This document shows positions 6,701 through 11,868 of a stretch of DNA of 11,868 nt, piece after piece. A model generated the notes under the pieces. It was not told the DNA's origin. It saw nothing but the letters and a program-made list of their open reading frames with translations, and did not search any database. The DNA is taken from positions 1-11,868 of the forward strand of contig JBQTJP010000320.1 of NCBI GenBank assembly GCA_052386995.1, read 5' to 3'. Position 1 is the stretch's first letter, and every line of letters starts with the position of its first letter. The stretch comes from Armatimonadota bacterium. Lineage in GTDB: Bacteria > Sysuimicrobiota > Sysuimicrobiia > Sysuimicrobiales > Humicultoraceae. Both the position numbers and the translations under genes were made by a program.

Positions 6701-8320
6701 CTACAATCCGATCGCGCAGCCGTCGACCCGCGGATCGGACCCCCCCAGGTAGATTCCACGGTGCGCATCGACCATGATGGCCTGCGCTCCGCCGCCACCC
6801 TCCATCGGTCCCATCTCACGGACGCGGTGGCCGCGCCGTTCCAGTTCCGCAACGGTCTGCGGCGGATAGCCTTCTTCCAGCCGCAGCTCGAACGGGGCGT
6901 CCCGGGTGGCCGGGTCGGTGCTGGGAAAGCTCTGCCAGCGTGGCGCCTCGATTGCCTGCTGGAGGTTCATCCTGGCTTCCACGATGTTGAGGAAGACCTG
7001 CAGGTTCCACTGGGGCTGCGCGTCCCCGCCCGGCGTGCCCCACGCCAGATACGGCGCGCCGTCCTTCAAGGCCAGACACGGCATCAACGTGTGCATCGTG
7101 CGCTTGCCGGGCGCGATGCAGTTGGGATGACCGGCAGCAAGCTCGAATCCCCGACCGGCGCGATTGTTCAGCATGATGCCGGTGCCCTCGACAACTTCGC
7201 CGCACCCAAACGAAGCCGAGAGGCTGGTGATGTACGAGACCACATTGCCTTCGACATCCGCCGTGCAGAAATAGGTGGTTTCCCCCGGCACGCCGGCGGG
7301 CAGGCCGCCCGATGGTGTCTCAACGGCGCGCGCCTGGTCGATCTCGGCGCGCCGCCTGGCAGCGTACGACTTGTCGAGCAGCATCTCGATCGGGTTGCGG
7401 ATGAATCGGGGGTCGCCCAGGTAGGCCAACCGGTCGGCATAGGCGAGCTTCTTGGCTTCGACGGCCCGATGAATCCGATCTGGCGACTCCCACGGCGCGG
7501 GAGGAAAGTCCTCCAGCATGTTGAGGATCTCCAGTAGCAGGAAGCCTTGTGAGGGGGGCGCGGTTGTGCACACCGTGAGCCCCCGGAACGTTGTCGTGAG
7601 GGGCTCGTAGACATCCACGCCGTAGGCGGCGAAGTCCTCTTCCGAGAGCAGCCCGCCGTGGCTACGGCTGTATGCACCAATCGCCTGGGCGATCGGCCCG
7701 CGATAAAATGCATCGGCGCCGCCTGCGGCGACGATACGCAGTGAGGCCGCAAGGTCTCGCTGCGTGAGGATGTCGCCCTCGACCGGCGCCCTTCCCCCGG
7801 GTAGAAAAATGGCCGACGACGACGGATAGTGCGAGAGCACGGGAGCGGCTTCGTGGATCCACTGGGCGATCTTGCGCGCGACCGGCGCGCCTTCTTCCGC
7901 GTAGCGGATCGCGGGCTCGAGCAGCCGCTGCAGCGTCAGCCGCCCGCTCCCCCAACGGGTGAGCGCCGTCTCCATGGCGGCCACCGCGCCCGGGACGGAG
8001 ACCGAAAGCATCCCGCGCAGCGGCATCTTGACATGGCCGCGATCGAGAAAGTAATCGCGCGTCGCGCCGGCAGGAGCGGGGCCGCTGCCGTTGAGCGCCC
8101 ACACGCGGCCCTCGTGCTTCCTGTAGACGAGCATGAACGTGTCCCCGCCGAGCCCGCTCATCATCGGCTGGACCACCCCGAGGACCCCGGCGGTGGCGAC
8201 GGCGGCGTCGACCGCGTTGCCGCCGGCGGCCAGCACTTCGAATCCCGCGGCGGTGGCCAGCGGATGGCCCGACGCCACCATGCCGCGGCGGGCGAGCACG
8301 AGCGACCGACTCCAACGCAT
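6701..8320 (-). CDS. ggt: Gamma-glutamyltransferase family (Ntn-hydrolase), cytoplasmic YwrD/HpxW-like, 539 aa
   Basis: Motifs GMVASGHPLAT, GGNAVDAAVA, SGLGGDTF, SVPGAV, catalytic Thr in GE-TTYFCTAD, GIMLNNR, PGKR, GTPGG and SDPRVDG. ATG at 8320 with SD GAGGTG (8334-8329). No signal peptide. Confidence 0.93.
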   Translation of the reverse strand: MRWSRSLVLARRGMVASGHPLATAAGFEVLAAGGNAVDAAVATAGVLGVVQPMMSGLGGDTFMLVYRKHEGRVWALNGSGPAPAGATRDYFLDRGHVKMPLRGMLSVSVPGAVAAMETALTRWGSGRLTLQRLLEPAIRYAEEGAPVARKIAQWIHEAAPVLSHYPSSSAIFLPGGRAPVEGDILTQRDLAASLRIVAAGGADAFYRGPIAQAIGAYSRSHGGLLSEEDFAAYGVDVYEPLTTTFRGLTVCTTAPPSQGFLLLEILNMLEDFPPAPWESPDRIHRAVEAKKLAYADRLAYLGDPRFIRNPIEMLLDKSYAARRRAEIDQARAVETPSGGLPAGVPGETTYFCTADVEGNVVSYITSLSASFGCGEVVEGTGIMLNNRAGRGFELAAGHPNCIAPGKRTMHTLMPCLALKDGAPYLAWGTPGGDAQPQWNLQVFLNIVEARMNLQQAIEAPRWQSFPSTDPATRDAPFELRLEEGYPPQTVAELERRGHRVREMGPMEGGGGAQAIMVDAHRGIYLGGSDPRVDGCAIGL

Positions 8321-8342
8321 CAGGTCATCACCTCGACAGTCC

Positions 8343-8370
8343 ATTCCGCCGGGCGACCGGCAACTCCTCC
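8343..8370 (-). promoter_or_regulatory. Putative SigH-type promoter for ggt (AGGA-N18-GAAT)
   Basis: On the minus strand, AGGA is at 8368-8365 and GAAT at 8346-8343, with exactly 18 nt between them. It ends 22 nt upstream of the ATG. Confidence 0.65.
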
Positions 8371-8371
8371 G

Positions 8372-8400
8372 ACAGGAGACCTGGGGGAGGTCGACGAATA
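8372..8400 (+). promoter_or_regulatory. Putative SigH-type promoter for the DUF4383 gene (CAGGA-N18-GAAT)
   Basis: AGGA at 8374-8377, an 18-nt spacer, and GAAT at 8396-8399. It ends 45 nt upstream of ATG 8445. Confidence 0.68.
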
Positions 8401-8444
8401 CGTGGCGGCGCAGCGGACCAGAAAAGACAAAAGGGGGGCGTACC

Positions 8445-8792
8445 ATGGCAAAGATGTATTGCCAGTATGTCGGTGTCGTCCTTATCGTCTTAGGCATCGT
8501 CGGCTTTATCAGCCCGAATTTTCTGACCTTCCCCATCGGGGGGTCCGCCATCTGGGTGCACCTGATCAGCGGAGTGATCCTCGCCTACCTGGGGTTCACC
8601 GGAACCGCTGTGAAGACCGGCGCCCAGGTCTTCGGCGTCATCTATACTTTGGTGGGGGTTCTGGGCCTCATCGGGGGATCGACCATTCCCGTTCTCAACG
8701 CGCCCACGAACTTCGCCTACAACCTCGTTCATCTGGTCTTGGGAGTCCTTGGGCTGTGGGCGGGGTTCGGCAAAGAACCGGTCAGGGCGTAG
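8445..8792 (+). CDS. Small four-TM membrane protein, DUF4383-like, 115 aa
   Basis: MAKMYCQYVGVVLIVLGIVGF..., with an internal duplication 'VHLISG' / 'NLVHLVLG' and 'FGVIYTLVGVLG', as in DUF4383. SD AAGGGGGG at 8431-8438. Confidence 0.8.
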   Translation: MAKMYCQYVGVVLIVLGIVGFISPNFLTFPIGGSAIWVHLISGVILAYLGFTGTAVKTGAQVFGVIYTLVGVLGLIGGSTIPVLNAPTNFAYNLVHLVLGVLGLWAGFGKEPVRA

Positions 8793-8814
8793 CGCACTCT
8801 CCCATATAAGCCGC

Positions 8815-8848
8815 GTGGGCTCCGGCGTTTACCGGAGCCCACATGTTT
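8815..8848 (+). terminator. Probable intrinsic terminator after the DUF4383 gene
   Basis: Perfect 11-bp stem GTGGGCTCCGG (8815-8825) / CCGGAGCCCAC (8832-8842) with a 6-nt loop, followed by a weak U-tract ATGTTT. It starts 22 nt after the stop. Confidence 0.7.
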
Positions 8849-8867
8849 GCAGGCATCCGTGCCTCGT

Positions 8868-9620
8868 GTGACGTCGTCACGCAGCGAACAGCTACGTCCC
8901 CTGCCGCCGCCTAACGTGCGCGGTGCTTTCGTGCGCCGTCTGCTGCCCTGGTATCGGGCACACCGCAGGAATCTGCCGTGGCGGCGCACGACGAACCCCT
9001 ATCGCGTCCTCGTCTCGGAGATCATGCTGCAGCAGACGCAGGTGGACCGGGTCCTCCCTAAATACCGTGAGTTCATCCGCAAATATCCGTCGATCGAGGC
9101 CCTGGCCGCGGCCTCGGTCGATGCCGTTCGCGAGACCTGGGTGCCGCTCGGCTACAACGTTCGCCCGGTCAGGCTGCACGCGATCGCGCGCAGGGTCGTC
9201 GATGAGTTCGACGGCAGACTCCCCGACGACCGGACCGCTTTGCTCGGGTTCAAGGGGATCGGGCCCTACACCGCCGGAGCGGTGCTCTCGTTCGCGTACG
9301 GACGGCGCGCCCCGATTGTCGACACGAACGTGCGGCGGGTGCTGGAGCGGGTCTTCTTTGGGTCGGCACAGCCTGACTCCAGGCTGTGGCGCCTCGCCGA
9401 GGCGCTGCTGCCTCGGCGCTCGGCCTACGACCTCAACCAGGCGATGATGGATCTCGGCGCGACGGTGTGCGTTGCGCGGCGGCCCCGCTGCGCGATCTGC
9501 CCGCTGCGGTCGATTTGCCGCGCGTATCCGTCCTTTGCCCGCGAGGCACGCGTCTCGAACGCGGCGTATCCATCCAGGGCGGATGGCCGCCGAACCTCGC
9601 CGAGGGGCAGAGCCGATTGA
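8868..9620 (+). CDS. mutY: A/G-specific adenine glycosylase-like HhH-GPD protein, lacking the C-terminal NUDIX-like domain (start uncertain, 8847-8916)
   Basis: Motifs WY....R.LPWR...PY..LVSEIMLQQTQV, W..LGY, HhH KGIGPYTAGA, VDTNVRRV, NQAMMDLGATVC, and the 4Fe-4S motif C-X6-C-X2-C-X5-C at 9468-9518. Confidence 0.88.
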   Translation: MTSSRSEQLRPLPPPNVRGAFVRRLLPWYRAHRRNLPWRRTTNPYRVLVSEIMLQQTQVDRVLPKYREFIRKYPSIEALAAASVDAVRETWVPLGYNVRPVRLHAIARRVVDEFDGRLPDDRTALLGFKGIGPYTAGAVLSFAYGRRAPIVDTNVRRVLERVFFGSAQPDSRLWRLAEALLPRRSAYDLNQAMMDLGATVCVARRPRCAICPLRSICRAYPSFAREARVSNAAYPSRADGRRTSPRGRAD

Positions 9621-10278
9621 GCGGGCACATCGGGCATTTCGGGGCCCTCGCGGTGCAGATCTCGCGTCCGAAGTAGATCACGCGCAACGAAAAGTCCGAC
9701 CAGAGCTCAGGTGGCAGCAGCGCCATCAGGTCGCGCTCGATCTTCTGCGGCTCCGCGTGCATGGTCAATCCCAGGCGCCGGCTGACGCGCCGCACGTGGG
9801 TATCGACGACCATGCCGGGCACGCCGTACGCGCCTCCCAGGATCACGTTGGCGGTCTTCCGGCCGACGCCTTTGAGCCGCAGCAGCTCCTCCATGGTCTT
9901 GGGCACGATGCCGCCGAATTTCTCGTCCAGCGTACGGGCCATCGCCATGATGGAACGCGCCTTCTGCCGGAAAAAGCCGCTTGAATGAATCTGCTTCTCG
10001 AGCTCGGCACGCCTGGCCGCGGCGAAATCCGCGGCGCTCTTGTAGCGCGCGAACAGCGCGGGGGTGATCTTGTTCACTTGCGCGTCGGTCGATTGAGCCG
10101 ACAGGATGGTCGCCACGAGAAGCTGTAGCGGGTTCCGGTGTTTGAGGGGCAGCCGTGTGACCGGATACCGCTTGCCCAGGATCGCCGCGATCTTCGCCGC
10201 GCGCCTTCGTGCGCGTGCCAGCGTTTCTCGGGTGGGGAATCGGATGGAAATCCCCGAAGGGGTGGCGGCGGCTAGCAT
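9433..10278 (-). CDS. nth: Endonuclease III (DNA glycosylase/AP lyase), 281 aa including a long basic tail
   Basis: Motifs LLVATILSAQSTD..VN, GFFRQKA, HhH LKGVGRKTAN with the catalytic Lys, VDTHV.R, and 4Fe-4S CTARAPKCPMCPLNRLC. ATG 10278 was chosen because it lies 12 nt downstream of a SigH-type -10 element. Confidence 0.93.
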   Translation of the reverse strand: MLAAATPSGISIRFPTRETLARARRRAAKIAAILGKRYPVTRLPLKHRNPLQLLVATILSAQSTDAQVNKITPALFARYKSAADFAAARRAELEKQIHSSGFFRQKARSIMAMARTLDEKFGGIVPKTMEELLRLKGVGRKTANVILGGAYGVPGMVVDTHVRRVSRRLGLTMHAEPQKIERDLMALLPPELWSDFSLRVIYFGREICTARAPKCPMCPLNRLCPSARFGGHPPWMDTPRSRRVPRGQRTDTRGKSTAAGRSRSGAAAQRTPSRRDPSSPG

Positions 10279-10290
10279 CGACGCGGCCCG

Positions 10291-10318
10291 ATTCGTCGAC
10301 CCGCAAGACCGCTCCTGC
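10291..10318 (-). promoter_or_regulatory. Putative SigH-type promoter for nth (GCAGGA-N18-GAAT)
   Basis: On the minus strand, AGGA is at 10316-10313 and GAAT at 10294-10291, with an 18-nt spacer. It shares CAGGAG and GGTCGACGAAT with the promoter at 8373-8399. Confidence 0.68.
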
Positions 10319-10365
10319 CGTTGCCCAGTGTGCAACCGCGTCCGCTGTGACGGTACACTGACGAC

Positions 10366-10425
10366 TTGTGACAACACGCGTGATCATGCTAAGATAAACT
10401 GTAAGCTAAACCTTAAGGTGATCTG
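10366..10425 (+). promoter_or_regulatory. Promoter/operator of the Phd-PIN TA operon
   Basis: AT-rich patch with extended -10 TG-c-TAAGAT (10387-10395) and possible -35 TTGTGA (10366-10371). It also has three 12-nt imperfect tandem repeats at 10390-10425, the palindrome ACCTTAAGGT at 10410-10419, and SD AAGGTG. Confidence 0.65.
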
Positions 10426-10426
10426 T

Positions 10427-10699
10427 ATGAGATACCTTCCCGTCGAGGAAGCAAGGAAGAAGCTGGGAAAGCTCGTCGCCGAGGCTGCAACGGGCGAACC
10501 GGTCGTCATTGGCCGGCGGGGCACGGAGCAGGCAGTCCTGCTTTCTGGAGAGGAGTACGAACGTTTGCGCCGCATCGCAGAACAAGCCGCTGTGGCGAGA
10601 TTCAAGCAATCCCTCGAAGCGATTCAGGCGGAGGTTCGTAGAGCCAGAATCTCGCGAAAGGTGGTGGACGAGGCCATCCGGGCGGCTCGACGCCGGTGA
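10427..10699 (+). CDS. Phd/YefM family antitoxin, 90 aa
   Basis: MRYLPVEEARKKLGKLVAEAATGEPVVIGRRGTEQAVLLSGEEYERL matches the Phd/YefM consensus. The real start is ATG 10427, not 10106. Confidence 0.9.
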   Translation: MRYLPVEEARKKLGKLVAEAATGEPVVIGRRGTEQAVLLSGEEYERLRRIAEQAAVARFKQSLEAIQAEVRRARISRKVVDEAIRAARRR

Positions 10700-11103
10700 A
10701 GGTCGTCCTCGATACGAACACGTTGGTGTCAGGGATAGCCTGGACGGGACCACCGGCGGAGATTCTCATCGCACTTCGCGAAGGCAGGCACGACCTCGTG
10801 ATCTCGCCCGATCTCCTCGCCGAACTGATCCGCGTCCTTCGCTATCCAAGGCTGCGGATCGTCGCGTCTCATCCCTCCCTGCCGGCAATAGTGGAGTGGC
10901 TGCACCGGCCGGAGCATATCGTCATCGCGCAGGAGCAGATCCGCGTCATTCAATCTGACCCAGGGGATAACCTGGTGCTGGAGGCAGCGGTCGCGGGAAG
11001 GGCTGGTGTCATCGTGTCCGGCGACCGGCACCTGCTGCGGCTTGGATCGTTTCGAGGAATTCCGATCATCACCGCGCGTGCGTGTGTTGCGAGGTATCTG
11101 TAG
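10696..11103 (+). CDS. PIN-domain (VapC-like, PIN_3 type) toxin, 135 aa
   Basis: Acidic PIN motifs in MKVVLDTNTLVSG, E in LLAEL, DPGDNLVLEAA and IVSGDRHLL. GTGA overlap with the antitoxin stop. Confidence 0.92.
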   Translation: MKVVLDTNTLVSGIAWTGPPAEILIALREGRHDLVISPDLLAELIRVLRYPRLRIVASHPSLPAIVEWLHRPEHIVIAQEQIRVIQSDPGDNLVLEAAVAGRAGVIVSGDRHLLRLGSFRGIPIITARACVARYL

Positions 11104-11152
11104 ACCGCCAGAGAATCACCAGAACGACATCCCATTTCCAGGAGCGGCGAAT

Positions 11153-11868
11153 ATGGCCCATCCCGATCGCATTGCGCGCACCCGCGCGCAGATGGCCTCG
11201 TCGGGCGTCGATCTGCTCGGTCTGCCGCCTGGCGACGACCTCTACTATCTGCTCGGCTACAGCCCGCACGCCGACGAGCGCCCTTGCTACCTGTTCCTCA
11301 CCGCCGCCGACGCGGTCTTCCTCGTCCCGGAGCTGAATGCCGGTCAGGCGCGTGGGCACGTCGATCTGCCGTTCCTGACGTATACCGACGCCGAGGGTCC
11401 CTCCGCCACCCTGCGGCAGGCGCACGACCGTCTCGGCGCGGCTGCGCGCGTGTCGGTGGGCGATACGATGCGCGCGGATTTTCTGCTTCTGCTGCAGGAG
11501 CGCTGGGGCAAGAGCGCGTTCGTATCCGGCGCACACGTCATGGCCCCGGTGCGCATGATCAAGACCGCGGACGAGATCGAGATCATGCGGCGGTCGGCGG
11601 CCACCGCGGATGTCGCAACCGACGCGGCCTTCGCAGCCTGCCGCCCCGGTGTGACGGAGGCGGCGGTTGCCCGCGCGGTGACGGAGGCGCACGCGGTCCA
11701 GGGAGTCAGGCAACCTCATCTGGCAATCGTCGGAGGTGGGCCGAACTCGGCCTACCCGCATCACGCGTCCGGCGAGCGGCCGCTGAAGGCCGGCGAGCCG
11801 GTGCTGGTCGATCTCGGCGGGTCGCTGGAGGGATACGCATCAGACATCACACGCATGGCCTACCTCGG
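11153..11868 (+). CDS. Xaa-Pro peptidase (M24B, creatinase N-domain plus pita-bread domain), runs off the window end
   Basis: Not in the ORF track; translated by hand: MAHPDRIARTRAQMASSGVDLLGLPPGDDLYYLLGY...RMIKTADEIEIMRRSA...RPGVTE...IVGGGPNSAYPHH...VLVDLGGSLEGYASDITR (metal-binding Asp motifs). SD AGGAG at 11140-11144. Confidence 0.92.
   Translation, partial: MAHPDRIARTRAQMASSGVDLLGLPPGDDLYYLLGYSPHADERPCYLFLTAADAVFLVPELNAGQARGHVDLPFLTYTDAEGPSATLRQAHDRLGAAARVSVGDTMRADFLLLLQERWGKSAFVSGAHVMAPVRMIKTADEIEIMRRSAATADVATDAAFAACRPGVTEAAVARAVTEAHAVQGVRQPHLAIVGGGPNSAYPHHASGERPLKAGEPVLVDLGGSLEGYASDITRMAYL

Noticed and set aside
8321..8551. N-terminal extension of ggt in the ORF track, and of the DUF4383 ORF back to 8133
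   Set aside because: The extensions cross the promoter region and the opposite gene. Both genes have SD-supported internal starts (8320 and 8445).
8867..8881. CRP/FNR-like site TGTGA...TCACG
   Set aside because: The spacer is 5 nt rather than the required 6. Kept only as an unassigned palindrome.
10106..10426. Extensions of the Phd antitoxin ORF (from 10106) and of nth (to 10377)
   Set aside because: They run through promoter DNA and the opposite gene. Family homology starts at 10427 and near 10278 respectively.
11069..11764. 231-aa minus-strand ORF
   Set aside because: It is antisense to the clear Xaa-Pro peptidase, which the ORF track missed because it lacks a stop within the window.
1..11868. 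CRISPR array, tRNA/rRNA, riboswitch, IS element or prophage
   Set aside because: I found no spaced direct repeats, cloverleaf, terminal inverted repeats or recombinase/phage genes, and all intergenic gaps are under about 150 bp. An Infernal/Rfam scan would be needed to exclude small RNAs formally.

Overview
High-GC bacterial chromosomal window, densely coding. I see no rRNA, tRNA, CRISPR array, transposase or integrase. Gene order: 3' end of an LpqC/PHB-depolymerase-like esterase (+); GH1 beta-glycosidase (-) divergent from an MFS sugar-type transporter (+); a tightly coupled four-gene run (RHH antitoxin, RelE/ParE toxin, HicB-like/DinB fusion probably starting at CTG, DUF3881-like protein); a long Pyrobaculum-type nucleoside diphosphate kinase (-) divergent from a DUF3048 protein (+); a cytoplasmic YwrD/HpxW-type gamma-glutamyltransferase (-) divergent from a DUF4383-like membrane protein (+); a short MutY (+) overlapping a convergent Nth (-) by 188 bp; a Phd/YefM-PIN toxin-antitoxin pair; and the 5' part of an M24 Xaa-Pro peptidase. 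The strongest non-coding signal is a recurrent AGGA-N18-GAAT (SigH-type) promoter motif. It is exact upstream of ggt, the DUF4383 gene and nth, and near-exact upstream of the GH1 gene and the peptidase. The two TA loci and the ndk/DUF3048 pair instead carry sigma70/sigmaA-type -10 boxes. All protein family calls come from motif recognition by eye, not database searches.
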